A stretch of DNA of 63,986 nucleotides, filler included, from Octopus bimaculoides (taxonomy: Eukaryota), in NCBI RefSeq assembly GCF_001194135.2. It is 5 parts of 4 records of this genome, joined end to end, with 100 filler letters (N's around TTAATTAATTAA, not from the genome) between each part and the next. Parts side by side here need not be neighbours in the genome. Positions count along the whole stretch, not along the records: positions 1 to 16,652 come from NC_069008.1; 4 more parts are not named here. The stretch is one strand, 5' to 3'. A program made the translations under genes and the position numbers. Shown in pieces: positions 1-12,199 of this stretch. Within the stretch, counting starts at the first letter, position 1, and each line of letters begins with the position of its first letter. The notes below the pieces were generated by a model. The model was not told where the DNA came from. It worked only from the letters and a program-made list of their open reading frames with translations, and searched no databases.

Positions 1-232
1 CTTAGGTATAATAAAAAAATATTAGACAAATGCATAACAAAAACACCAGGACTTACAAATATATATAACATACAGAAAATTGCACTACTGGGTACTGCAC
101 ACATTCTACGCAAAACACTTTCAATACAGTAAACATAAGAGCACCACAGCAAACCACAGCACATACCCAAGGCGCACAGAGCTGCGCTCGGTAGTGAAGT
201 GAAAGCACGTTATAAAAATAAAACTACTGAAC
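1..232 (+). mobile_element. 3' end of a Dong/R4-like (RLE-type) non-LTR retrotransposon
   Basis: Translates ...LGIIKKILDKCITKTPGLTNIYNIQKIALLGTAHILRKTLSIQ*, the typical C-terminus of this clade; followed by a short 3' UTR and (TAA)n at 233-269. Confidence 0.75.
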
Positions 233-268
<36 letters not shown>

Positions 269-269
269 C

Positions 270-483
270 CTTTCTACTGGAGGCACAAGGCCTCAAATTT
301 TTGGGGAGGGGATTAGTCGATTATATTGACCCTGGTGTTTCTCTGGTATTTATTTTATTGACCCTGAAAGGATGAAAGGCAAAATCAACCTCAGCAGAAT
401 TTGAACTCAGAACATAATGACAGACAGAATATTGCTAAGTATTTTGCCTGGCATGCTAACGATTCTGCCAGCTTGCTGCTTTA
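270..483 (-). mobile_element. tRNA-headed SINE, family A, with (ATT)n tail
   Basis: Minus strand reads ...agctggcagaatcgttagc...gttctgagttcaaatt...ctttcatcctttc...gtagaaaggatt(att)n; the same sequence recurs more than 10 times in the window. Confidence 0.85.
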
Positions 484-769
484 ATAATAATTATAGATTC
501 AAATATTGCCACAAGGGCAGCAATTTTGGGGGAGGGGACTAGTTGATTAGATTGACCCCAGTGTTCAACTGGTATTTATTTTATCAACTGACCCTGAAAG
601 GATGAAAGGCAAAGTTGACCTCAGTGGATAATATGATTAGAAGAGTATTATATGCTTATTAAACAATATTTCAACAGTATGTCTGTCTTCTTCATGTCCA
701 AACTAAAACAAGGATAATGAAAAATACATGAAGAACATAAATCTATTCACAAGTTATCAAAATAGCAAA

Positions 770-1420
770 TAAGGGAGTTACTGTCACAATTATGGACAAG
801 GATGAGTAAATTTCAGCTTGGGAAGAATATTTAATTGACATAACATTTTGTGAAGAATTACCTGCTGATCCAAAACCCAATTACAGAAGAAAATTTGACA
901 AAATAATTTCAGAAATGGAAGAAAGTAATTTTTAAAAAAAAATATCCTCTAGTGTTTCTTCATAATGAAAGAGTAGAAGCATGCATGCACTTTGTAAAAC
1001 ATCTATTTTCCACTGAAGATTGAAGTTTGTATTACAAAGCAACACAATGAAGTTTGGAAAAAACTTCCTCTGATGAAGGGTATGCCATGGAAAACGCAAG
1101 GCAGTTAATTTTGCTAACATTTTCATGACAGAATTTGAGCTACAGTTTAAATTGCAACAAGATCATGAACCAATACTCTGGTTATGGTTTGTTGACTTTT
1201 GTCTGGGAAGGACTGTAAGTCTAGCTGAATTGCAGCATTTTTGTGACAACTTCTATAATTTTAAGTCCAACATAAAATTCTCATCCAATTTTTCAAAAAG
1301 CTAGCATTGAAAATTTGGTCATGAATGTTAAGTTTTCAGAAGGCTTCATAGTGGAAGAACTACTTTGCAAACCCACATCATGCCGTATTTATTTTCATTA
1401 CACTCCAATCATCCATAGAA
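770..1420 (+). mobile_element. Decayed Penelope-like element, reverse transcriptase fragment
   Basis: Broken frames give ANKGVTVTIMDKDE, GMPW/AVNFANIFMTEFE, FYNFKSNIKFS and CKPTSCRIYFHY, resembling the PLE motifs ADKG..VIMD, G.AMG....ANIFM, LN..HP.IKFT and Y.KPT..YL.Y; multiple stops and frameshifts. Confidence 0.6.
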
Positions 1421-1939
1421 TTAAGTTGAATCCATAGTCTCAATTTTTGAGAATAAAACAGATTTGTACTGACATAGATCTTGGAAACATGTTAATGATT
1501 TTGTGCATCATTATTTCAAATGCATGATGGAAAGAAATGACAAATGACACAGTGAAATTAATGACTGTCAAACTTTCATGCACGAATAAATGATGTGATA
1601 GTCATGGCTTGGACACCTTTGAGTATATGTCTGCTGGATCAGGACTAAGTTGTGATTAACAACAAAAAGGACACATTAGATAATGTATTTTTGCTGAACC
1701 AGGAGCTGACAAGGGATGTAAAACAACAAGGAAAGACATTATATAATGTAGATACACTACACATGTATGAAAAATGGGATGTTCTAAGCTGAAAACACCT
1801 TTGATGAAAGATCTGCTGGGTGAGGCTGACAAAGAAAGGAAATTTTATAAAATGTAGTCCTAAATACATGTGGATAAAAAAAAGGATGGTCATGGCTGGA
1901 GCACCTCTGATCAGGACTGACCTAAAAAATAATACTTAC

Positions 1940-2016
1940 TCTCTCCATCACCATCTTTATCAAATTCATCAATCATAGCTCGAAGTTCATCATCATTCAA
2001 GTTTTCACCCAATTCT
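1940..2016 (-). CDS. CETN3: Centrin-3 internal exon (EF-hand 4)
   Basis: ttttccag|A GAA TTG GGT...GGA GAG A|gtaagt; 77 nt encoding ELGENLNDDELRAMIDEFDKDGDGE; phase matches the exon at 11192-11306 (AG+A = Arg). Confidence 0.93.
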
Positions 2017-2046
2017 CTGGAAAATAGACCAAACAAAAAGTCTTAA

Positions 2047-2267
2047 CCTTTTGGCATTTAAACTGGCCCTTATCTGGCCCAAATATTCGACCTGCTTTAT
2101 GCTCAAACTGGCCAAATTTGGCCTCTCACATCTACTCGACAATGTCAAGCTAAAATTAAACAATTACAACAGCAAAATTTCAAAGCTATGAGATAATTTA
2201 TAATTAACTCAAAACAATGTGAATAAATAAGTATTATATTTGGTAGAATAATCTTAATGCTAAATGG
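2047..2267. mobile_element. piggyBac-like MITE
   Basis: TTAA on both flanks (2043-2046, 2268-2271); imperfect TIRs ccttttggcatt / aatgctaaatgg. Confidence 0.55.
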
Positions 2268-2729
2268 TTAATCTTCACAGTTATCATTTTAGCATCTGAC
2301 TAACTCTGAGAGGAATGTGTACCCTGAATGCAACCCACAGTATGAAGGTTTCAGGTCAAGTTAAAATGCTATGCATTTCTATTTACAGTGGTTTTGCCGA
2401 AGAGAGGACACGTGAAGGCATGAAAGAAATGAAGCTAGTATACTTCACTGGATGAGCAATGTCAATATGCATGAACAACAGAGTGTAAGCATCTTGAGAG
2501 TAAAATTGGGCAGAAGAGGCATCAGATGTGGTGTGCAAGTATGAATATATAGATATTTATATTAATAGATCAAACTTACACAGAGCACAAATGACAGAGA
2601 AATTTAAAGGGGAAGAAGTAAGGTGTTATAAGTCCAACAGCTGTTTCTGGGGGCGTGGAGATCCATCACAGCAAATAGCCAAAAGTCTTGGTCCTTTATC
2701 ATATGTGTCAAATAATATACGCTTTTCCA

Positions 2730-2950
2730 GTTTCAGCCCCAAATATTGTTGGTATGGTCATGTGGTGCATATGGACAAGGACAGCTGTGTAACGACATGC
2801 TAATCTCTAACTGTGGATGGAATTTGTGGAAGAGATAGACACAGGAAGACATGGGACAAGGTGGTGAAACATGATCTTCAGATGTTGGGTCTCACAAAGA
2901 TGATGAAAAGTGATCAAGACATTTGGCGATTTGCTGTGCTCGGGAAGTAA
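2730..2950 (+). mobile_element. RTE-clade LINE, 3' end of ORF (decayed)
   Basis: Frames give WYGHVVHMDKDSCV and RKTWDKVVKHDLQMLGL, ending WRFAVL. Confidence 0.7.
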
Positions 2951-3319
2951 TTGAAAGGTATCCCACCACTCCCACTCATCTCTCAATCTCTACCTTAATA
3001 CCCTCATTATTAACCTCTTCCTGAACTAGCTCTCCATAACCTACTGAGCCTCCTATTTCCTCCCTCTAATACTTGCCTGCTCTCCACATTTAATCATTCC
3101 ACCTTTGAACTTCTCTGCACCATGATCTGAAATGGTAGATCTTTTCTACCTCGATGATGGAGAATTGATTTATCCAATGTTGACTGCTTCCATTACGACC
3201 TGCATACTGTGATGAACTATATCTACCAACATTATGACAGATCTCCAAGATCCCTAGAAACAGCTGTTGGACTTATAATACCTTACTTCTTCTTCTCATT
3301 TAATTTTCTCTGTCATTTG

Positions 3320-3730
3320 AAGACCAGCTTGTGAAGACCTATTGGGGCAAGCGAAAGTGAAATCATGATGGCACCTGTGCCCAGTGTCACCTTTCTGGCA
3401 CTTGTGCCCGCGGCTTGTGTAAGGATATTCGAGCGAGATCGTTGCCAGTGCCCTTGGATCGGCCCTTGTGCGGGTGGCACATAAAATATACCATTTTGAG
3501 CGCAGCCGTTGCCAGTACCGCCTGATTGGCCTTCGTGCCGGTGGCACGTAAAAGCACCTACTTCACTCTCGGAGTGGTTGCCGCTAGGAAGGGCATCCAG
3601 CTGTAGAAACTCTGCCACATCAGATTGGAGCCCGGTGTGGCTATCTGGTTTCACCAGTCCTCAGTCAAATCGTCCAACCCATGCCAGCATGGAAAGCGGA
3701 CGTTAAACGATGATGATGATGATGATGATT
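3320..3730 (+). mobile_element. RTE-type 3' UTR/tail ending in (GAT)n
   Basis: Ends ...ccaacccatgccagcatggaaagcggacgttaaac(gat)n; the same tail begins on the minus strand at 4302-4331, next to a gap. Confidence 0.6.
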
Positions 3731-4268
3731 TGTGCTCTGTGTAAGTTTGATCTATTAATATGAATATCTGTGTATATCTTTATACTTAATTATTCATCAC
3801 CTGAAAACCTTCACACTTTGCTTTCTCTCATTTTGCATGCCCACATATATACATATTTTGTATTTCATACCCAAGCTGTTATATTTAATTTGTTTTTCTG
3901 CATAATTGCCTCCATATCTGCCCAACTCAGTCCCTCTCAAAGCCATTCTTTACCCCTGTAAAGACATCGGAGTCTAAATTTGAATCATTTGAGCACTACT
4001 AAGTGTTTTCTATACTGAGAATCTCTGGATCTCATCTGTTGACTATCGAAATGCGAAGTAGATGAAACAGGGACAACTGACAAAGGGGTATACTCTTTAT
4101 GTTCCATGTCTCGTTTCTCTGTTTGTTTTTGTTTTTATGTTTTCATTTCTCATTGTGTTCAACGTTTTTTTGATGTCCTGGACCCATATATGCATGTATA
4201 TATACATATATATGTAGGTATGTACATATATGTATGGATATATGCATATATTTATATATTATTTATAT

Positions 4269-4304
<36 letters not shown>

Positions 4305-6269
4305 TCATCATCATCATCATCATCGTTTAACNNNNNNNNNNNNNNNNNNNNNNNNNNNNNNNNNNNNNNNNNNNNNNNNNNNNNNNNNNNNNNNNNNNNN
4401 NNNNNNNNNNNNNNNNNNNNNNNNNNNNNNNNNNNNNNNNNNNNNNNNNNNNNNNNNNNNNNNNNNNNNNNNNNNNNNNNNNNNNNNNNNNNNNNNNNNN
4501 NNNNNNNNNNNNNNNNNNNNNNNNNNNNNNNNNNNNNNNNNNNNNNNNNNNNNNNNNNNNNNNNNNNNNNNNNNNNNNNNNNNNNNNNNNNNNNNNNNNN
4601 NNNNNNNNNNNNNNNNNNNNNNNNNNNNNNNNNNNNNNNNNNNNNNNNNNNNNNNNNNNNNNNNNNNNNNNNNNNNNNNNNNNNNNNNNNNNNNNNNNNN
4701 NNNNNNNNNNNNNNNNNNNNNNNNNNNNNNNNNNNNNNNNNNNNNNNNNNNNNNNNNNNNNNNNNNNNNNNNNNNNNNNNNNNNNNNNNNNNNNNNNNNN
4801 NNNNNNNNNNNNNNNNNNNNNNNNNNNNNNNNNNNNNNNNNNNNNNNNNNNNNNNNNNNNNNNNNNNNNNNNNNNNNNNNNNNNNNNNNNNNNNNNNNNN
4901 NNNNNNNNNNNNNNNNNNNNNNNNNNNNNNNNNNNNNNNNNNNNNNNNNNNNNNNNNNNNNNNNNNNNNNNNNNNNNNNNNNNNNNNNNNNNNNNNNNNN
5001 NNNNNNNNNNNNNNNNNNNNNNNNNNNNNNNNNNNNNNNNNNNNNNNNNNNNNNNNNNNNNNNNNNNNNNNNNNNNNNNNNNNNNNNNNNNNNNNNNNNN
5101 NNNNNNNNNNNNNNNNNNNNNNNNNNNNNNNNNNNNNNNNNNNNNNNNNNNNNNNNNNNNNNNNNNNNNNNNNNNNNNNNNNNNNNNNNNNNNNNNNNNN
5201 NNNNNNNNNNNNNNNNNNNNNNNNNNNNNNNNNNNNNNNNNNNNNNNNNNNNNNNNNNNNNNNNNNNNNNTATATATACATATATATGTAGGTATGTACA
5301 TATATGTATGGATATATGCATATATTTATATATTTATCTATAAATATACAAAGTATCTGATAAAAGTCAATATTAATTCAATTTTGGGGGATTAATCGAT
5401 ATGTGGGTATTCTATTTCAGATAATACAAAAAAAAATAACCTAATGTGTATATTCTGAAAGTAAACTCATGGTGTCAGTCTGCACATCACGAAATTATAC
5501 TTAAGGGACATAACCAAAATTACCAGCAGGGTATATGTTATACTTCATTAATTATCTCCTACTTTAGTTAATACTTAAATTTATTAAATATGAAGGATAC
5601 ATGTGTTTCAGTATTGGAAGATTACAATATATATACATCTACACAACTGTATACAAATATATATACATATATAAATACATATATGCAGTCGTCAGATTTT
5701 CAATTATTCCTACACATCGTCAGGTTCTTTTTCAAAATATTATATATCTAATTTTACATCACTCTAAAAAATAATCAATACAATTAAGCATTAAAGATTA
5801 AAAATTAAGAATTAAAAATTAAAAATAAAAATTATACTTTGTAATATTAAGAATTAAAATTTATAAATTATACATTATAAATATGAATTAGTATATATCT
5901 ATCAATAATGTAAAATCAAATATATGTCAAATACAGAATGTGAGATATAACATTATACATCAGAATAAAAATGTCTGTGTTTAAATGTGATATATAACAA
6001 GAAAAATTCAAATACATATCTTCCTATTTTTCTGGTATAAAGATGGTGATTAGAGGAAGAAGATAGCAGGGAACTATGGGTATCTATAGGCGATTAGTAC
6101 CAAGGGGGGTAATTACACTATACATAGTTTTAATTTTAAATTATCCTCTATTATTTTCAAATTTACCTATATTGGAAGATATATATAATTTGTTATTATA
6201 TAATTTTAGTAGTATTTAATTCATATATTTATTTAAATTATTGAATTATTTTTTTATTTATATAGTCTC

Positions 6270-6590
6270 TTTTACTTGTTTCAGTCAGTTGACTGAGGCC
6301 ATGCTGGAGCACTGCCTTTAATCGAGCAAATCAACCTCAGGACTTATTCTTTGTAAGCCTAGTACTTATTCTATCGGTCTCTTTTGCTGAACTGCTAAGT
6401 TACGGGGACGTAAACACACCACCATCAGTTGTCAAGCAAACAGACAAACAAACACAGACACACAAACATATATATATACATATATACAACGGGCTTCTTT
6501 CAGTTTCCATCTACCAAATCCACTCACAAGGCTTTGGTCAGCCCGAGGCTATAGTAGAAGACACTTGCCCAAGGTGCCACTCCTACGCCT
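6270..6590 (-). mobile_element. tRNA/CORE-like SINE, family B (internally deleted)
   Basis: Matches the full copy at 62948-63366; the region between caaggtgccac and the head is deleted. Confidence 0.8.
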
Positions 6591-7094
6591 ACTCAAGTGC
6601 TTTAGAAATAAAATTATATGGTTATTTAATTCAGGGGTTGTGGATTTAGTACTTCATTTTACTAAATGTAATATTACTTTGGTGCCTACATTTAACTCCA
6701 CGTTCATCATATGTGTTTAATAATTCATCTCTAGACTGTGGTGGTTTCATAAATTCTGTTATGCATAATAAACACTTTATTCCCAATATTATAGGAGTGG
6801 GCTCTACCTATAATACTCCAATTAAAGGTGTACTCTCTTTTCCTAGATTTTAATTCCCATATATATTTACTTAAGCCTGTAGACTTACTTAAATTAGGAT
6901 TTTTAAAGGTCTGGTAGTGTTGGGATATTCTTTTTTTAATTTCATTAGCTGTTGATCCAATATAAACCTTATTTATAATTTTATTATTATTGTTCTTAGA
7001 GCTAACTATACAGTTATAAATTACATTATCGACATTACAATTATTAGAGAGCTTACATTTAGTCTTATCACGACATGAACATTTTTCTATATGT

Positions 7095-7325
7095 TGATTA
7101 AGATCTCAAAGTGCTTGTGAGATTTTAAAAGATAATGAACAAAGAAATGATTACAATTAGATGCTGGATCATCCAAAGGAATACTACTCTGATTATTTAT
7201 ATTACTGTCGCACTATGGCATCAAAAATTGATATTGGAGTTGTCATAGCTGTTACCATTTCTGTCGCATCTGTTATTCACTATGTAAATGCATGGAAAGG
7301 AAATATTATGGAACACAAGATGAAA
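7095..7325 (+). pseudogene. DNAJC25: DNAJC25-like pseudogene fragment in the centrin intron
   Basis: Frame from 7113: ACEILKDNEQRNDYN*MLDHPKEYYSDYLYYCRTMASKIDIGVVIAVTISVASVIHYVNAWK, versus recalled DNAJC25 [57 protein letters not shown]; in-frame TAG at 7158-7160. Confidence 0.8.
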
Positions 7326-7691
7326 AATTAACTTTTAAGAGCAGAGACAATGTTCGTGCTGATGGACTTCCTGAACTGAAAAATTCAGAACATTATTATG
7401 TTGTTTTTTTTTTTCTTCTTTCTTCAAATTTTCTTCCATTTCTCGCCGAGTGTTTTCCGTACACCTAGGGCAGAGAAACTCGTTGTATGCATTCCCAGTT
7501 TACACACGCAAATTCACAGGTAAAACATGTATTTAAGAAAAAAAAAGTTCATGAATGGATGTTGTTTTCACAGCGATAATGCATGGAAAGGAAATATTAT
7601 GGGACACAGGATGAAAAATTAACTTTTAAGAGCAGAGACAATGTTCATGCTGATGGACTTCCTGAACTGAAAAATTCAGAACATCATTATT
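7287..7691 (+). repeat. ~113-bp direct duplication (7287-7399 / 7578-7691) flanking a 178-bp insert
   Basis: aatgcatggaaaggaaatattatgg...ctgaaaaattcagaacat occurs twice with a few substitutions. Confidence 0.9.
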
Positions 7692-9049
7692 ATTATTATT
7701 ATTTGCATGATATTATTTGCTTGGTGTTGTATGATGCATCTGCATCGTGTTTGATGCTTCTATGTTTTGTTTATGATGTTAAATGTGCTATCTTTGTTGT
7801 TGTAACAGAAAATTTCTGAGAAACTTTCTTTTCCCTAAGTGGGAGAGAGTTGTTATGAAAATGTTTTACTTGGAAAGAAAAAAGTGGATTTTCATTTAGG
7901 CATATTGATCCAAACCTGAATCTACAAGATTCCCTTTTAGCGTACCACAGCACTTTCTCACAGAGAGACAACAATTGACAGCTGAGACATTCTACACATG
8001 GCTGATACCAAGTCGATTTATGTATTCTCCAATTTACCCTTTTAACCCCTCCTCTGCAAACAATAGCTGATAGAAGATAAGGAAGATACCTACAGTAGTT
8101 CCCAGTGTTCCCTAGCTAAAGTCAGTCAGCGAAAGAGATGACCTCAAAGTAGTTGGTGAGATGAAGAAGACAACAAGAGGCGATTATGATATTTATATCT
8201 TTCACTAGCTCACTTTAGAATGACAAGTCTCATTCTGTCTTTCTCCATTGTTTCTGCTGAAATGACAGGCAGAATGTTGACATCATTCTGTCCTTCTCCT
8301 CTATTTCACTGTCTCTATCTACTTATGACATAAACAGTAAACAACAACACAAGAAGAAAATGGTAAGGATGACTTCCCTTTTGTTTTGATTGTTCACTTC
8401 TGTAGGAACTGTTGGAATTTCGACTTCCATCAAGGAAATCCACCAGTCATTAAGAGCTGCTATATATATATTCAAACTATTTGCAACAGCTTGTGTTTTG
8501 GACTCGAATGATTATAACAGCTTTGAGCTGCCTTCGATCTGTGTGTTTTATGCCATTCATTTATATCAATACACATCTAAAATCCTACAGGCTGTTGTTG
8601 TTTTATTTGCTGTTGCCTTTGTCTAACCCATAACAATATATACATATATATATATGTGTGTACATATGTATATATCTGTGTCTTTGTGTTTTATGTATCC
8701 TTATCTCTCCTTCTCCACGAGCTGAGGAGAAGGAGAGATGAGGATACATAAGAGGCTAAGTGTGTCATGATGATAGCCATGGGAGGATACTGAGAATGGT
8801 AGCAGAAGGGGAAAAGGGCAGTGGCTTAAGGCACAGAAAGGAGGTGATTGGTTGAAATAGTGTGGACAGGGATGATGAGGAAAGGAAGTAGAATTTTTTT
8901 TTTGAGGTGGGGGAGGGCATGGGATGCAATATGAGTGAATATGCTTGCAAGTGAGTACAATAGCTCTGTAGTATCATGAGAGGAGTGGAGGACATGACTT
9001 TGCATGTGCAAGCGTATCTGAGTGGTTTTAAGATATCATTTTTGCGGTA

Positions 9050-10105
9050 GTGGGCGAGTTTTCTCAAGCACAGCAAGATGCCAATCTTCTTGGTCTTTAA
9101 TCATTTTGGATCTATTTCAAAATGGGGGCACCAGTTTTCATTTATGTTTTATGTAGTGTTTTTGGTACGGAAAGACTTTCAAACTTCGTATACTTATCTA
9201 TTTTGTGTTATAGAACAGAAAAAAATTTTTGTATTCGAATTTATTTCATGTAAAAAATTGTCTTATTTCGATAATTTCTACTAATCACTAACGTCTATTC
9301 AGTTGAAAACAGCGCTGTAACGGTGTATATCGTATTAATCCCCTAACCCTAACCCTAACTAGACTGTTAACCCTAACCCTAACCCTAAAACTAACCCTAA
9401 CTCTAGAATCCGAACTCTAAAATTGTTACACACAGAGATACGCACAGAGTAATTTATTATATAAACAATATATGCGTATAAATTACGATTAAACCGGATG
9501 AAATATGTCACAGGGAATAACATTTTTATGACCGCCCAGCAGTAACTCTATTCAGCTGAATAGACGTCAGTGATTGGTTGAAATTACAGAAATACGACAA
9601 CTTTAACATGGAATAACTTGCGATGTACGTTTTTTTGTTAAGAAGACTAAGAGTAAAAGATGTTTTATATGACACATTCTACCAGTATCCCAAGTTTCAA
9701 AGTGTTTTGTTAGTGTTTCGTTAAGAAAATACTGGTGCCCCCGTTTTGAAATAGATCCATCATTTCTTCCATAAAACTCAACATCTTGAGATCAGCCTTC
9801 AATACTTCATCCCGTGTCTTTCTGTGTTGCCCTGTTCCATCCACTCTAAGCAATTGGCACTTCTTTACTGCAACTGTCCTCACCCCTACACATCATGTGA
9901 TTAAAACAACCATGCTGCATCTGATTCCGCTTATGCTTAACTTTTCTCTCAATACATTTGCACTTTGCTATACATGCACATTAATATTGCACACACTACA
10001 GGGTGTACAAGTTGCATTTTTTATTAGACTTCACATCCTCAGCATTCTGGGGCCATGTCTCACTACCATGTAGCATTGCCGTACATACACATGCATCATA
10101 CAGTT
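9050..10105 (-). mobile_element. RTE-clade LINE 3' fragment, interrupted by a MITE
   Basis: LYDACVRTAMLHGSETW at ~10105-10050; continues across the MITE as EEMIKDQEDWHLAVLEKT. Confidence 0.75.
9108..9758. mobile_element. Non-autonomous DNA transposon (MITE) with GGATCT termini and a (CCCTAA) core
   Basis: 28-bp TIR ggatctatttcaaaatgggggcaccagt / actggtgcccccgttttgaaatagatcc (1 mismatch); 8-bp TSD atcatttt/atcatttc; CCCTAA units at ~9342-9400. Confidence 0.88.
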
Positions 10106-11191
10106 TATAGAATAGATAGACAGAGAAAAATTTTTTTTTAAGTCTGGTATTTATTTTATCAATCCAACTTATGGGACAGATATAAATGCAAACACAGTGC
10201 AGTGTAAATTTTGTTTATGTCTTGTAGCTCAGAAATCTCTGAACTTTATCAGATGTAGCTTTAATGTTAAGTCTGGCCACCCCTAATATGTGAGCCAATG
10301 AGGGGAAATGTCTCTAGTATACCAAATCTTATTGGAATCATACCTAAATTTCATAGTTAGATGTGATAGAAATAGCTGCTAAGTCTCCTTCAAATCAGAC
10401 TCACCAACTTTATGTAATGCATGAACCAACAAAGACTTAGTAGAAATAGCAGTTAAATCTCCAGTAAATTACACCTGACTACCTGACTGTTTGATTAAGA
10501 AGCTTGCTTCTCAAGAACGTGGTTTCAGGTTCAGTCCTACTGAATTTCTACTATAGTCTTGGGTTGACTAAAGCCTTGTGAGTCAATTTGGTAGGCAGAA
10601 ACTGGAAGAAGTCTGTTGCTTTAACTTTTTACATTCTAAGTTCAAAACCTGTCATGGTCAACTTTACCCTTTCATCCTTCCAGGACTGATAAAATAAAGC
10701 ACTTCTAAATTTCTCAAGAAATGATTATTATCATTATCATCATCTTGTCATCATCATCAGCTGTCAACAAGACAACCTCCACAAAGATCCAGAAAGGATG
10801 CTAGAAATAGTTATTTCCTACAAATCACACACTGTACCTTCTTTCAAACAATAAAAAAAAGTGCTGATGTCATCATAAAATTCATCCAGCTGTTACTACA
10901 TGCATCTTGCCACAGTACTAGAGAGATTGTTATTTTTTCAGTTGCAAAATGATTAACAGTCAATTAGCAGACATACAGGACCTCCCTGAAATATGTAGGT
11001 CACTTCCTTAGCACTTCAACACAAAAACTCATAACCCTTACAGAACAAGACATGACATAGATAATGTAGTCCTAGTTAAACCAAGTCACAATAAAATAAA
11101 AGATGAGATAGTTATGGCTAGAATGTCTGGTAATAGGCCTTCGTGACCAGGCCTAACCTTGGGTTAAATAACAATGGTAACAACATCATAC

Positions 11192-11306
11192 CTTGCAACT
11201 CTCCTCAAGTTCCTTAGGCTTATTTTTCCAGTCTCATCATCATCAAACAGTTTGAATGCCTTTAGAAGTTCAGTCTGAGGATCTCTCTGGAGCATTAAAT
11301 CAGTCA
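11192..11306 (-). CDS. CETN3: Centrin-3 internal exon (EF-hand 3)
   Basis: tttcag|TG ACT GAT TTA ATG...GTT GCA AG|gtatga; 115 nt encoding [38 protein letters not shown]; [17 protein letters not shown] is centrin-3 type. Confidence 0.93.
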
Positions 11307-11340
11307 CTGAAACATTAAAATTAATAATAACAATAATAAT

Positions 11341-11553
11341 CCTTTCCACTATAGGTACAAGGCCTGAAATTTTGGGGGAGGGGACTAGTTGATTACATCA
11401 ACCCCGGTGTTTCACTGGTACTTAATTTACCAACCCTGAAAGGATGAAAGGCCAAGTCAACCTCAGCAAAATTTGAACTCAGAACATAGCGGCAGACAAA
11501 ATACCACGAAGCACTTCGCCCAGCATGCTAACGATTCTGCCAGCTCACCACCT
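11341..11553 (-). mobile_element. SINE family A
   Basis: Full head-to-tail match to the other family A copies. Confidence 0.85.
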
Positions 11554-11619
11554 TAAATTATAATAATAATAATAATGATAATAATAATAATAATGATGAT
11601 GATGATGATCATAATAATA

Positions 11620-11973
11620 AAAACTGAGCAAGAACTTGAAATAGAAATTAGCAAAATGTGGAACCTCAAGACTAAAACAATACCTGTTGTCATAGGTGCC
11701 CTAGGAATGATAGCAAAAGGGACTGATTCCTACCTAGCTCAGATACCAGGAAATCCCAAAATAGTAGAAAGTGAAAAGATACTGTCTATGTAATCTCAAA
11801 TTTTAAAACAAACTTATAATTTTCTTAAACATTCTCTAGAACAACATTTGGTGCAAAACCAAATATATGACACCTTAGGCACAACACCAACTTGAACTTC
11901 TAACTTGTTGTCTTTTGAGGTCTCTGGGTGAGACTTGGAGTCAACTTGTACAAATACAAAGCAAAAGTCAAAC

Positions 11974-11976
<3 letters not shown>
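11620..11976 (+). mobile_element. 5'-truncated Dong/R4-like element embedded in (TAA)n
   Basis: ELEIEISKMWNLKTKTIPVVIGALGMI (RLE C-terminal motif); TAA tracts on both sides. Confidence 0.8.
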
Positions 11977-12049
<73 letters not shown>

Positions 12050-12199
12050 CCTTTCTACTAAAGGCACAAGACCTAAAATTTGGTGGAAGGGACTAGTCAA
12101 TTGCATTGACCCCAGTGTTTCACTGGTACTTTATTAACCCTGAAAGGATGAAAAGCAAAGTCAACCTATAATAAAAGAAACATGAAATATAGAGAATAA

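Noticed and set aside
4230-5343. Long ORFs of 200-460 aa in the ORF track (also at 22.5, 26.2, 31.7, 32.8, 36.4, 47.2 and 51.8 kb)
   Set aside because: They consist of X from N gaps plus microsatellite translations.
9340-9402. Telomere or chromosome fusion site
   Set aside because: Short, imperfect and fully enclosed by MITE TIRs and TSD.
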